This document shows, in pieces, positions 1 to 12,544 of a stretch of 64,000 nucleotides of DNA. Where the stretch lies: the NCBI RefSeq assembly GCF_006345805.1, contig NC_043012.1, forward strand, positions 7,998,001 to 8,062,000, read 5' to 3'. Source of the DNA: Octopus sinensis (lineage: Eukaryota). How positions within the stretch are numbered: position 1 is the stretch's first letter; every line of letters begins with the position of its first letter. Below the pieces are notes generated by a model. It worked only from the letters and a program-made list of their open reading frames with translations, was not told the origin of the DNA and ran no database searches. The position numbers and the translations under genes are program-made.

Positions 1-133
1 GTTTTCCGCGCTAGCACGGGTTGGACGGTTCGACCGGGGTCTGGGAAGCCAGGGACTGCACCAGGCTCCAGTCTGATCTGGCAGTGTTTCTACAGCTGGA
101 TGCCCTTCCTAACGCCAACCACTCCGCGAGTGT
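1..133 (-). mobile_element. Solo 3'-end fragment of RTE LINE (family A)
   Basis: Matches the reverse complement of the 3' UTR end of the RTE copy at 20001-21520 (gctagcacgggttggacgg...gatgcccttcctaacgccaaccactcc). Confidence 0.85.
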
Positions 134-277
134 ATAATAATAATAATAATAATATATATATATATATATAAACACACACATAAGCACATATGTGCAAAAC
201 AAGGTGGAAAAAATAGTACTTGAATACCAAGGGCAGAGTAAAATACTATTTTATTAAAGCCAAATAAATCTTCAGAA

Positions 278-386
278 ACCGTTACTCAAGGTTTCACACA
301 ATCATTCACTGGACAGTTGTGATAATACAGAGTCTGAATAATCACAACTGTCTGATGGCAGCCACATGAAACTCTGAGTAACAGTT
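278..386. repeat. Short inverted repeat carrying two decayed hammerhead-like cores
   Basis: + arm: aactgt-CTGATGG-cagccacat-GAAAC-tctga-GTA-acagtt (346-386; stem I aactgt/acagtt perfect). 278-322 is an imperfect reverse-complement copy. Confidence 0.55.
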
Positions 387-439
387 TGTAAGGTCATTTT
401 TCAGAGACTGGGACTCTGAGCCATATATACACTCCGACA

Positions 440-650
440 CAAATCAGGATCATGACATACAACCACACTGCATCACAATTATTTTTTCTTCAACAGTACT
501 TGTTCTGTTGAACATTATCCCAAAACTAATCAAAGAAAAAATAAAGGTCCCACAAATTTCAAACGATATCTGGATAAATTTCTTGAAGGCATACTCGACA
601 AGCCACATCTTAACAAGGCTCTGGGAGCACAAAACTTGACATAAAAATAC
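440..650 (+). mobile_element. Possible CR1/L2-like LINE 3' relic
   Basis: Translates to ...NFKRYLDKFLEGILDKPH, resembling the recalled C-terminal FK..LDKFL motif of CR1-group RT ORFs. Confidence 0.35.
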
Positions 651-1984
651 GACATATAAACCCATGTAGTAGACCTACAAACATGCAATTTTTAGCAAAC
701 TCTAGCAAGATGAATGACCAGGTGTACAAGGCTCCCTCTTTGATTCCCTAAATTAATATTATATGTGCTGCAAAGGTGTCACACTAATAATGCTGTCTGC
801 ACGATTTGAATTGATGACTTCATCGAATAGAGCTTTGATGTTTATTTAAATTAGCCCCACAAATACAGACCTAAGTACGGTCTTTTGACCGACTTTCTCT
901 CAACTAAATACTTTGTCTGAACAATAAACTGGTGGAGTCGTTAGAATGTTGGACAAAATGCATTGCGGTTATTTGTTTTATATAGTGCGATGTTCCAATG
1001 TAGCCAAAGTCAATTTTGTCTTTCGTTATTCCAGTGTTGATGAAATGAATTAGCTGGCGAACCGCGATAGATTGATGGAATTGTTAAAACATTGGACATT
1101 AAAACCTTGCAGAGGTCAAGGACGTTTTAATTATGAACATCTGAAGCAGCCTTTTATATATATATACACACACACACACACGATTAGTTCTAGAAGAAAA
1201 AATAGATTTGACAAAGTTATTGGCGACAGGATAAAGGTGCTTAATTAAAAGCTCAAGTGATGCGATTTGAGAATGAACTCGTAACATTTCGAACTGTAAG
1301 AATAAGACGAACCAATGTTTACTCCATAGCAATAATTGTTTCGATCCCAAAATACTACAACAACAATAAACAATGCGATGATTAAAAATGACAAAAGACA
1401 AAATAAAGAGATCATTCTCTTTGTTAGGATTTCCAAACAAACACTCACTCTTTCCAAAAAACCCCAAATTTGACAAGTTCTGTTGAACTAGATTGAAAGC
1501 AAAAAAAATAATTAAAAACTATTTTTTTCCCCTCCACCGACACTATCAGGGATTTTGGAAGAATTGCCATATTTTGTTATAAAACATTAACTCGACAAGA
1601 ATATAATAATTTAAAGGAAAAATAAAACGGAATAAGTAGAGAAATACATTTTAAGAGCAAACAAAAAACAGAAGATTGTTGAAAACGAAGAGCACCGAGT
1701 TTATAAAATAAAAAAACTCTACATAACTATTTAATATTTATATCAATTTATAATATTGCTGAGGGTTATTAGTTAATTAATTAATTACTTTAATTAAAAT
1801 ATTAAATCGTTTGTTTTGTTATTGTATAATTCTAAAATAATGTTAAGGTAAATTGATCGACGACAATTATATCGAGTTAATTAAAAACGTGTAGGTGGTT
1901 AAGACAAAGTGAAGTGGATACAGGTACACACACGTATATGTTTATATATATACGCGTTGTATATATATATATATATATATATAT

Positions 1985-2210
1985 ATTTGCATACATCAAT
2001 GTTGATATGTATGTTACAGATGAGTGAGAAACTAAAAAAGTATGTGTGTGTGTATGTATGTATGTATGTATGTATACATACATACATGTGTGTGACAGAT
2101 GAGAAAAAGGAAGGTATATATATATATATATTTGCATACATCAATGTTGGTATGTATGTTACAGATGAGTGAGAAACTAAAAAAGTATGTGACAGATGAG
2201 AGAAAGGAAG

Positions 2211-2245
<35 letters not shown>

Positions 2246-2260
2246 GAGTTTCTAACGTGC
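1985..2260. repeat. Local ~146-bp duplication with TA/TATG spacers
   Basis: tttgcatacatcaatgttg...gagaaactaaaaaagtatgtg occurs at ~1985 and ~2131. Confidence 0.8.
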
Positions 2261-2385
2261 AGCCAGAGTGAATGGATGTCATGTCAATATCAGATATCCT
2301 TTGTCTATCTATCTCTCTAATGTATAAATATATATATATATATATACCAATTAAGGACTAAACACGAAAAGTGTCAACATGCTAG

Positions 2386-2417
<32 letters not shown>

Positions 2418-3366
2418 GTATATATACATGTCTCTCGCTCACTTAATCCCTCCATAAATATATATTATATTATTCCGTTACCAATTAAATGTTTAATTGC
2501 GGAGGTGGAGAGAAATTAAATTAAGAAGTAAAAGAAAAAAAGAAGCACTGTCTTCTTCTTTTAGAGAACTTATTATAAAAAGATATTCAAACAGATAATC
2601 GGAGTTGTGTGCGTCAAGTAGACCAAAGGGAGGGAGAGAATAATAGGTAGAAATGGTACCAGAGTTGTTTTGTAAAGCAGCAAATTATTCTAGAATATAA
2701 AGCGACGTTGTTGTCGGAGACACGTTGGAGAGAAACAAACAGGATAACCAGGAAGGTGATATTTGTACGCATGCGCTGTTTACAAACAGGAAATATGCAA
2801 ATACGCAAGGAGAGAGAGAGCACCATTTTATACAATGATATTCTCACCTTGTCTTCAATCTTTTATTACCATACATACATATATACATACACACACACAC
2901 ACACATTTATATATATACGAGACAATTCAATGAACAAGGAGGAATAGTACACCCACACATTTTTCTGTTGTAACAGTACTATTACAATATATTTAATTGA
3001 AATCTGTCTGACATGTTTCTGCAGCATGGATGGATATCTCACAGTGTGGTTTTCATTTGGTTAAGAGTCTGTGCAGCTTTATTGCATACAGCGTTGGGGT
3101 TTGAAGCAAATTAAAAAGTATGTTGGTTTAGGGGGGGGGGGACGATAGGTTGCGATGGCAACGAATGAGGGAGGAACATTTAGAAGCCTGATCGAGTCGA
3201 CCCTGTCATGACCCTAACGTTAAATTTGAATCATGACTACTAGATCCTAAACTAGGTCAGAGGTTATTTCGTCCATTAATTTTAATCAAATTAAAAAGGG
3301 AAAAATTTCAGAGATGGATGTTTATATAATTTACATATAAATATCAGCCTTCTTATCTATTCACTA

Positions 3367-6300
3367 CATCATCATCGTTTAACGTCCGCTTTCCATGCTA
3401 GCATGGGTTGGACGATTTTGACCGAGGACTGGCGAACGAGATGGCTGCACCAGGCTCCAGTCTTGATCTGGCAAATTTTTACAGCTGGATGCCCTTCCTA
3501 ACGCCAACCACTCCGAGAGTGTAGTGGGAGCTTTTTACGTGCCACCGGCACAGGGGCCAGTCAGGCGGTACTGGCAATGAGCTTGCTCGAATCTTTTTAC
3601 ACATGCCACCAGCACAGGTGCCAGTAAGGCGACGTTGGTAACGATCACGCTCGAATGGTGCCCTTTTGCGTGCCACCGGCACAGACTGGCAACAATCATG
3701 CTCGGATGGTGCTCTTGGTACCCTTCTAGCACGAGTACAAGTGCCAGTAAGGCGACGCTGGTAACAATCACACTCGAATGATGCCCTTTTATGTAGCACT
3801 GGCACAGAAGCCGATCAGCCTCTCTGTCAAACGATCATACTCGTATGGTGCTCTTTCACCCCACTAGCACAGATGCCAGTCGTCGAATTTGATTTTGATT
3901 TCACTTGCCTCAACAGGTCTTCGCAAACAGAATTTAGTGACCAAAACAAGGAAAAGGTACACATAAGTGGGCTGGTTATGGTCCTGGCATAGGCCACAGG
4001 TTATGGTCTCATTTGGCTTGCTGAGTCTTCTCAAGCACAGCATATTTCCAAAAGTCTTGGTTGCTAGTCATTTCCTTGGTGAGGCCTAATGTTCGAAGGT
4101 CATGCTTCACCACTTCATCCCAGGTCTTCCTGGGTCTACCTCTTCCACAGGTTCCCTCAACCGCTAGGGTTTGGCACATTTTCACACAGCTATCTTCATC
4201 CATTCTCACCACATGATCATACCAGCGCAGTCGTCTCTCTTGCACACCACATCTAATGCTTCTTAGGTCCAACTTTTCTCTCAAGGTACTTACACTCTGT
4301 CGAGTATGCACACTGAAATTACACATCCATCGGATCATACTGGCTTCATTCCTTGTGAGCTTACGCATGTCCTCAGCAGACACAGCCCATGTTTCACTGC
4401 CATGTAGCATGGCTGTTCGTACGCAAGCGTCATACAGTCTACTTTTTACTCTGAGCGAGAGGCCCTTTGTCGCCAGCAGAGGTAAGAGCTCTCTGAACTT
4501 TGCCCAAGCTATTCTTATTCTAGCAGCTACACTTTCAGCGCACCCTCCTCCGCTACTGACTTGGTCACGTAGGTAACGGAAGCTATTAACTACTTCTAGT
4601 TTTTCTCCCTGGAATGTGGTGGAAGTTGTTCTCTGCACATTTTCATTGTTTATTGCTCCCGAGCGTCTGCCACATACAAAAACTATCTTCCCAGTTAGCC
4701 TTCCTTTGATATTACTGCATCTCTTATGTGTCCATAGCTTACACTGGGTACATCTTATAGAGTTTCTACCTACGCCTCTACTACAGATTGAGCAGGGCCA
4801 TCTACCTGAAGGGATTTGTGGTTTGCCTGCCTTCCTACTTATTAGGACTTTGGTTTTAGCTAGGTTGATTCTTAGGCCCTTCGATTCTAATCTTTGTTTC
4901 CACGCTTGAAACTTCTCCTCTAGCTCTGATAGCGACTCAGCAATTAGAGCAAGGTCATCAGCATAGAGGAGCTCCCAGGAGCATCCTGTCTTGAATTCCT
5001 CCATTACTGCCTGGAGGACTATGATAAATAGGAGGGGGCTCAGGACTGAACCTTGGTGGACCCCTACCTCTACCCTGAATTCTTCAGTGTACTCGTTGCC
5101 AACGTCACCTTACTTACAGTGTCCCTGTACATGGCTTGCACAGCTCTCACTAACCATTCATCTATCCCTAGTTTCCTCATTGACCACCAGATAAGGGATC
5201 GGGAGACCCTGTCAAAGGCTTTCTCCATGTCAACGAAAGCCAGGTACAGGGGCTTATCTTTGGCTAGGTTTTTTTCTCCTGCAGCTGTCTTACCAGAAAT
5301 ATGGCATCAGTGGTGCTTTTCCCTGGCACGAACCCAAACTGCATCTCATCTAAACTAACTCTCTCTAATTAGTTGGGCTATGACCCTCTCCGTAACCTTC
5401 ATTACCTGATCCAACAGCTTAATACCTCTGTAATTATTTGTATCTGAAGCATCACCTTTACTTTTGTAGCAGTTGATTATTATACTACTACACCAGTCAT
5501 TGGTTATGACTCCTTCATGTATCACCTGGTTAACTATATGGGTGACTAGGTTATAGCCGACACTGCCAGATATTTTGAGCATCTCTGCAGTAATTCCTGA
5601 TGGGCCTGGGGCTTTCTCTGTCTTTATACTTCTAATTACCTTATCTACCAAGGTACTGTCAACTTGGATAGCTGGTCCCTCTGTTGGGTCGACATTTGGC
5701 AGACTCTCTTTCTTCCATTCATTTTCTTTATTCTGCAACCTTTCATAGTGGGGACTCCAAACCTTTCCCTTTGCATCCTCATTTAGCACAAGTGAACCAT
5801 CATCCATGCGAACTCATTTCTCTCCTCCCACGTCACGATTCTCTCTCACACACTGTCTTGCAACACGAAATACCTCAAGTCTTCGGTCCTCATGGCGCAG
5901 AACATTGGCAAATTTTTTCTTATCTGCTTCCCCTCTGGCTAAATAAACCTGCCTCCTAGCTTCCCTTCTGGCAGTCTAATACACTTCCCTGCTACCACCG
6001 TTCTTCCAGTCCTTCCAAGCCTGTTTCTTTTGTCTAATGGCCTTGTCAACAACATTGTTCAACCACCACGTTATTTTGGGTCGAGAGGGGACTTTGCACT
6101 ATCCACAGATCTGGTCAGTGGCCCTTAGCAGGTTATCCCGTAGGAACCTCCAGTTGTCTTCTATACCATGTGAAGCTATATCCCCTTCTATTTCATCAAA
6201 GGCTTCGAGTAATATGTCTCTAAATCTCTGTCCATTTGCAGGATCTTTAAGTCTCCAGACCCTTCTTCTCCTTGCTGGTCATCTTCTGGGCATCCATTTA

Positions 6301-7200
6301 GCCCTGATCCTGAAGTCACTAACTACCAGTCTCTATGTTGTGGGGTACATTCTTCGCCTGGGAAGGTTTTGGCATTTATATGTAGCCATCTTTCCCTTTT
6401 TCTGGTGAGGATGGAGTCAATTTGACTAGTGTGTCTGCCAGAGCAGTAGGTGGCTAGGTGGCTGGCAGGTTTTCTGAAGTTAGTATTGCAAACCATAAGA
6501 TCATTTGCATCACAGAACTCCAGCAGCCTGATTCCCTCCTCATTGCGAAAGCCAAAACCGTAGCCTCCATGTATGCCATGGAAGCCTCCCTGCATGTTGT
6601 CCAACATGTCCATTGAAGTCACCAGCCACAAAGAGAAGGTCCCTGTCATTCATCAACACGGTAGTCTGCAAGAGGGTGTCATAGAATCGGTCTTTCTGTC
6701 CATCGGGTAACCCTGGCTGAGGGGCATAGGCTGAGATAAGGGTTGCTAACCCATGATGGAGCACTAATCTAATTTTAAGTATTCTGTCGCATACTCTGAC
6801 TACCTCAATTACCTTATCTACCCATTTCTCCACAAGAAGTGTACTCACACCCCCAACCCCGTCAGTGTTCCCTGCCCAGAAAATCTTGTACCTGTGTTCT
6901 TTGCCAGTGAGGAACCTAGCGAACCCTCCTCTCCACCTTACTTCTTGGATGTAGCACATATCGACACATCTCAGTTCAAGCATCTCAACAATCTCACCAG
7001 ACCTACCTTTCAGTGTGCTAACGTTGAGAGTGCCAACCATGAGGGTGCGGGAGGTATGGGCCCTAGAGACCCTGGGACGGGGGACATGTACCTGAAAAGA
7101 GAGCTCGCATTTGGCAGAATTCATAAGCAAACAATAGTCTTAAGTTCAACCTGCATACACTACATTATCATATTTTGCACTGTATGGTCACTACTTTATA
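3367..7200 (-). mobile_element. Near-full-length, frameshifted RTE-clade non-LTR retrotransposon (APE endonuclease + RT)
   Basis: ORF pieces: GTLNVSTL...IQEVRW...SAYAPQ...GDFNGHVG (APE endonuclease, 6540-7130); IKLLDQVMKVTERVI (RT start); LLYADDL...RRLRWYDHV...GRGRPRKTW (4009-5004). 3' UTR with gtgccaccggcac modules and (GAT)n tail at 3367. 5' UTR may extend to ~7930. Confidence 0.95.
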
Positions 7201-8064
7201 TAGTAGGGGTGGGGTTGGCATAAGGCCATTAGAAGTGTTCATGGGAGACAACCAAGGATGACGAGATAGGGACTTCTGGTACAGGTGGAGGGGGTGGTAG
7301 GGCGGGAGAACCGCGAACTAGCAAACATGTGCTAGGAATTAAAGAGACAACAGACAGACAGGGTGAAGGCCGATAGATAGATAGGCACATAGTGAGCCGG
7401 GGGGGGGCGTCAGGACATGTAGGAGGAATGGTTCTGGATTTGGAGAAAGACAAAATTAGAGACGAATGACTGTGTGATTGTGTGATAAACTTTCATAGAT
7501 GAGTGGAAAAATATGTTGCAGATAAGGAAATGCATGAGCTAAGGTTATCTCAGCCATCAAAAAGTAAGACGAAAATATAGAACTGAAATGCGTGAGCTAA
7601 AGTTACCTTAGACATCAACAGTAAGACGGAACTATAGAACTATATTTACATGATGGAATGGTGCTGAAATAGACAGAATAAGACAGAATAGAGGGAAAAT
7701 AATAATAAGGGTTTATGATGAATACTCGCAGAAATACAATGGGAGGTAGGTAACAAGTTAAGTTGAAAGGTTAAAATCTCTTATCTGAAATTTTTCGTCC
7801 TCTGAGATTCGTATTTTACAGCCAAGCTATTGAAATGGAATAGGAGGGTCATCATGCGTGTGTTTGTTTATATAGGGTGGTGGTGATGGTGGTGATGGGG
7901 AAGTAAGAAGTAGGAGGTCTTGGCTAAGCGATATATATGTGTGTGTATATATGTGTGTATGTATGTATGGCTGTGTGGTAAGTAGCCTGCTTGCCAAACA
8001 CATAGTTCCGGGTTCAGTCCCACTGCCTGGCACCTTGGGCAAGTGTCTTCTACCATACCCCAAC

Positions 8065-8324
8065 TGGCACCTGTGCCGGTGGCATGTGTAAAAAGATTCG
8101 AGTGAGGTCGATGCCAGTACCGCCTGACTGACCCTGTGTCAGTGGCATGTAAAAGCACCCACTACACTCTTGGAGTGGTTGGCATTAGGAAGGGCATCCA
8201 GCTGTAGAAACTCTGCCAGATCAAGATTGGAGCCTGGTGCAGCCATCTGGTTCGCCAGCCCTCAGTCAAACCGTCCAACCCATGCTAGCATGGAAAGTGG
8301 ACGTTAAACGATGATGATGATGAT
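8065..8324 (+). mobile_element. Family A RTE 3'-end fragment fused to a SINE-B head (7967-8055)
   Basis: Ends acgttaaacgatgatgatgatgat like the RTE tail at 21520. Confidence 0.85.
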
Positions 8325-8937
8325 AATGTAGTTGTAGACGGTCTTAGCTGGAATAACTTTGCTCATAGGTCTATTTGATCAACTTGGTAGCCATGGTAAC
8401 TAAAATTTCCCTTAAGTCATCACATCCAACCATTTTTAAAAAGTGAAAGAGTACTTCATTTGATGTAGTCCCAGATACCAATAATCAGAAGGGGTGGTCA
8501 TAGCTGGAATATCTTTGCTCATAGGTCTACTTGGTCATCCTCAGAAATAATTACCAAAATCTTGCTGAAATCATTACATTCAACTATCTTTAAATAAAAA
8601 GGCATTTCTGACAGCATAGTGTCAGATACCGATAACAAGGCAGGGTTGTCATGGTTGGAATAAAATTGGTTTGCTTGATCAAGGTTTGTCTGGGGCTAAA
8701 TGACACAGATTTATTTAAAAAGAAAATTCCCTTACCCTCTGTAAGGTATTGTGTGTTTCACAGCAACAATTTCGTCTCACAACACAATAATTATTGATAT
8801 TAATAAACCAATGTTTATCTTTTTATTATTTCACATGTCATCAACATTTATCTATGGAAGAAATGTTTGGTATCTAACCAATGCTTGGCACCGTCAGATA
8901 TCGTTCTTCCAGACATAAATATTTCAGATATGATATG

Positions 8938-9316
8938 GGAGTGGCTGTGTGGTAAGTAGTTTGCTTACCAACCACATGGTTCCGGGTTCAGTCCCACTGC
9001 GTGGCACCTTGGGCAATTGTCTTCTACTATAGCCTCGGGCCGACCAATGCCTTGTGAGTGGATTTGGTAGACGGAAACTGAAAGAAGCCTGTCGTATATA
9101 TGTATGTGTGTGTTTTTGTGTCTGTGTTTGTCCACCCCAACATCGCTTGACAACTGATGCTGGTGCGTTTACGTCCCCGTTACTTAGCGGTTCGGCAAAA
9201 TAGACCGATAGGATAAGTACTAGGCTTCCAAAGAATAAGTCCTGGGGTCGATTTCCTCGACTAAAGGCGGTGCTCCAGCATGGCCACAGTCAAATGACTG
9301 AAACAAGTAAAAGAGT
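8938..9316 (+). mobile_element. tRNA-derived SINE, family B (about 25 full or partial copies in the window)
   Basis: Head ggagtggctgtgtggtaag...ggttcagtcccactgcgtggcaccttgggcaa with A-box-like TGGCTGTGTGG and B-box-like GGTTCAGTCCC, internal TA/TG microsatellite, tail tgactgaaacaagtaaaagag. Confidence 0.9.
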
Positions 9317-9738
9317 ATTTGGAAACAAAGATTGATGTTACTAAACTTTTATCTGATAACTGTGACAGTTAATCACGTTAACCCTATTATTAACCCCCAG
9401 CCGTCTTGACTTTGTCTTGCCACTGGATCCGGCGCACCAGGACGAGAGAGTGAGGTTGATCCTGCGCAAGTCACCCTCACTATAATCCAAGTCACGCGCA
9501 TGTCATGACATCATGACACCATCACAAAGTCCTGTGGCGATGGGGAAACGGTGAAGTAGCAGGTGAGGATACACTGGGAGCTGCAGTTGTGAACCCACAC
9601 ACAGGCGGCTCAGGACATGTGGCTCAGGACATTGTGTTGAAACAAAAGTTTTGCACTAATTTGGTAACATTTACTTTATTCATTAAGATAAAAAAAAAAG
9701 CAGTTTACATTTCTATATTTAAGAGATGAGGAATTATG

Positions 9739-10162
9739 TACATTATTTACATTACTTAGATTCGACGGATATTTGTCCTCACCTTGTATATTGTTAGCAC
9801 AATGTTTTGGCTGATATACCCTCAAGCCTTCTTCAGGTGTCTTGGGGAAATTTAGAACCTGGGTTCTCATTCCTAAGGTATTTTTCGATGTTATTATTAT
9901 TACGAGCATATGACGTAGTGGTTAAGAGCACGGGCTACTAACCCCAAGATTCCGAGTTCGTTTCCAAGCAGTGACCTGAACAATAACAACAACAATAATA
10001 ATAATAATAATAATAACAACATCAAAATATACCTTAGGAATGAGAACCCAGGTTTGAAATTTCTCCAAGACACCTGAAGAAGGCTGGAGGGTATATCAGC
10101 CGAAACGTTGTGTTAACAACAAACAAGATGAGGACAAATATCCATCAAATGTAAATAATGTA
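9739..10162 (+). mobile_element. tRNA-headed, hammerhead-bearing short retroelement with upstream inverted partial copy (Penelope-like architecture)
   Basis: Arms 9739-9903 and 10005-10162 are reverse complements. Spacer 9905-9978 is tRNA-like (gacgtagtggttaag...gagttcgtttcc). The right arm carries a hammerhead core. Confidence 0.75.
10069..10114 (+). ncRNA. Minimal type-I hammerhead ribozyme motif
   Basis: GACAC (stem I) - CTGAAGA 10074-10080 - A - GGCTG/CAGCC (stem II) - GAAAC 10102-10106 - GTT - GTGTT (stem I). Palindromic AACGTT stem III; predicted cut after 10109. Confidence 0.8.
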
Positions 10163-10164
10163 AA

Positions 10165-10900
10165 TAAAAGCAGTTTAGCATTTTGCACCATCTGAAACCA
10201 GCTTTCTGCTGGTTCTTTGATCACCAGCTGATACCAATTTTTGTCCTTCGATGTGAAGAATTCCTTCACTGAAGCTTCCACCCATTCTTGGTTGACGAAG
10301 CATTGCAAGCACAGGAAGTGGGTCATGGATCGGAACAACTAGGTCTGCACTGTATGCTGGCTGAGCCATCAGTTTGATACCTCAAGTTACTGGAATCTAT
10401 TTGGGTTGCCTGAGTGGTATGAGCTGTTGTGTTGTCTTGCAGCAGAAAAGCTTGCTTTCTGTTAATCAGTGCCAATATTTTTGCCACACAACTGCATACG
10501 TCTTCTCTGGCTGTTTAGAGTAGAGGCTGGCATCAATGGTTCAACCTTCTGGAATGAACTTGCAGTAAATTATTCTCTCATAATTCTACCAGATGTAGAG
10601 TGTCACCTTGTGTTCAAAACACCCATTTTTGGTATTAGGTTCCGGAAGCTGGCCCTTAAATAACCACTGCTTATGCATGTTAGGATTGCAGAAAACTACA
10701 TCCCTCGAATTATTACTTGTTCTGATCCATGGTTCATTTCTTGCACTTGTGACACTTGTGACACTTCAAAAGGAAATGGATGGAGTTCTTCACCTCAAAG
10801 GACAAGAACTGGTATCAGCGTTGGATCAAAGAACTGGCAGAGAACAGTGCAATGTAATAACCACTACTTTGAATGCTTAACTACTTTTGTTGTAACTTGA
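10165..10900. mobile_element. Mariner transposase C-terminal relics in inverted orientation
   Basis: - strand: QPAYSADL...EFFTSKDKNWYQ (degenerate YSPDL motif). + strand 10740-10900 repeats EFFTSKDKNWYQ. TIR-like ends near 9630-9680 and 10900-10955. Confidence 0.7.
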
Positions 10901-11734
10901 CAAATAAAATGAACAAGTTACCAAATTGTTGTGTAACTTTTGACTCAACACAGTACTAGTAAACCAATTTTTGTTCTTTTACTATTTCACATGTCATCAA
11001 AATTAATCTATGGAAGAAATATTTGGTATCTAATGCCCATGTCTAGCACTGTGGTATTCGTTCAGATAAGGATCTTTTAGACATAAATATTTTGGATATG
11101 AAATAAACTAAAATTGCTAAATCTTATCTGATAACTAACAAAATATAAAATAAAAGTAACAAAAAAAAAATTGATTTTAGTTAACTACACACACACATAT
11201 ATATATACACACACACATAAACATACATATGAATAGATAAATACATGACATGTGAAATAGTGGGAAGCTAATGAATGGTTTGTGAGGAATTCTTGTGTTG
11301 TGAGATAAAATTGTTGTCTGGGACACGGGGTACCTTACAGAAGGTGATAGAAATTTCTTTAAGGATACACAAATGCTGTTTAACATCTGGTTAATGCTGA
11401 TCAAGCAAACCAATGAGCAAAAGGTATTCCAACCATGACCACACCCTTTTATTATTGGTATCTGGGACAGATACCAATAACTGAAATGTCCTTCCTTTTT
11501 AACCCTTTAATAATTTCGTTACCAACCTGGCTCTGAGTACAAATGTCTTGTTTTCATAAGATCTGAATTATAATCTTCCACCAAATCTTAGTTACAATTA
11601 ATATCCTTAACACTAGCTTAATGATAACAAAGTTATTTTACTAAATTCCTTGTTATATTTAAAGTAACTGAAAGAAGTACAGAGAATCTCGACAGAAATA
11701 CAGTAATGAAAGGGCTAACATTTAAACTGGGCAT

Positions 11735-12372
11735 AGGTACAGGAGTGGCTGTGTGGTAAGTAGCTTGCTTACCAACCACATAGTTCCGGGTTCAGTCCCA
11801 ATGCAAATGTCTTCTACTATAGCCTCTGGCTGACCAAAGACTTGTGAGTGGATTTGGTAGATGGAAACTGAAAGAAGCCTGTCATATATATATATATATA
11901 TATATATATGTAACTTCTAAACTGGAGTTTGGACAGCATGTTCTTTGTCTATCTCCTTAACTTCTTGGAGATTTTAGGTATAATTATACTAATGTGTCCA
12001 TCTGTTCTAATTTAATTCAATTCTATGTCTTTGTGCAACTGAAGATTGCTCTGCATTTTAAATTGATGTAATGATTGCATTGTTCAATTAAATGGAATTG
12101 CATGAAACGATCATACTGCATTACCTCTGGATATCCTTATTGCTTATTTTGATATATATATATGTATGTATGTGTGTTTGTTCCTCCCAACATCGCTTGA
12201 CAACCAATGCTGGTGTGTTTACATCTCCATAACCTAGCGATTCAGCAAAAGAGACCAATAGAATAAGTACTAGGCTTACAAAGATTAAGTCTTCAGGTCG
12301 ATTTGCTTGACTAAATGCGGTGCTCCAGCATGGCTGCAGTGAAATGACTGAAAAGAATAAAAGAATAAAAGG
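11735..12372 (+). mobile_element. SINE-B split at its internal TA tract by a ~240-bp insertion
   Basis: Head 11735-11885, insertion ~11908-12150, tail half 12150-12372. Confidence 0.75.
12033..12121 (+). ncRNA. Decayed hammerhead motif with long stem II
   Basis: gtgcaa-CTGAAGA(12039-12045)-TTG...CAT-GAAAC(12104-12108)-GATC-ATA-ctgcat. Same layout as the intact motif at 34226-34299, but GTA has become ATA. Confidence 0.55.
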
Positions 12373-12544
12373 ATATCTGGCCAAAATATTCTACCAATAT
12401 TCAAACTGGCCTGATCCAACTTCTCATACCTACCCTGTAATGCCATTCTAAAAATAAACAATCACATCATCAAAATCTTGAAGCTACAAGATAATGCATG
12501 GTTAATCCAAAACAATGTGAATAAATAAGTATTACATTAGGAAG

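Noticed and set aside
450-1476. Hydrophobic minus-strand ORFs (71-125 aa)
   Set aside because: No recognisable domain or splice support; AT-rich chance ORFs, partly antisense to a LINE relic.
9905-9978. tRNA-like sequences here and at 48897-48978, 37326 and the SINE-B heads
   Set aside because: No complete cloverleaf or acceptor stem, and they continue into repeat bodies; SINE heads rather than tRNA genes.
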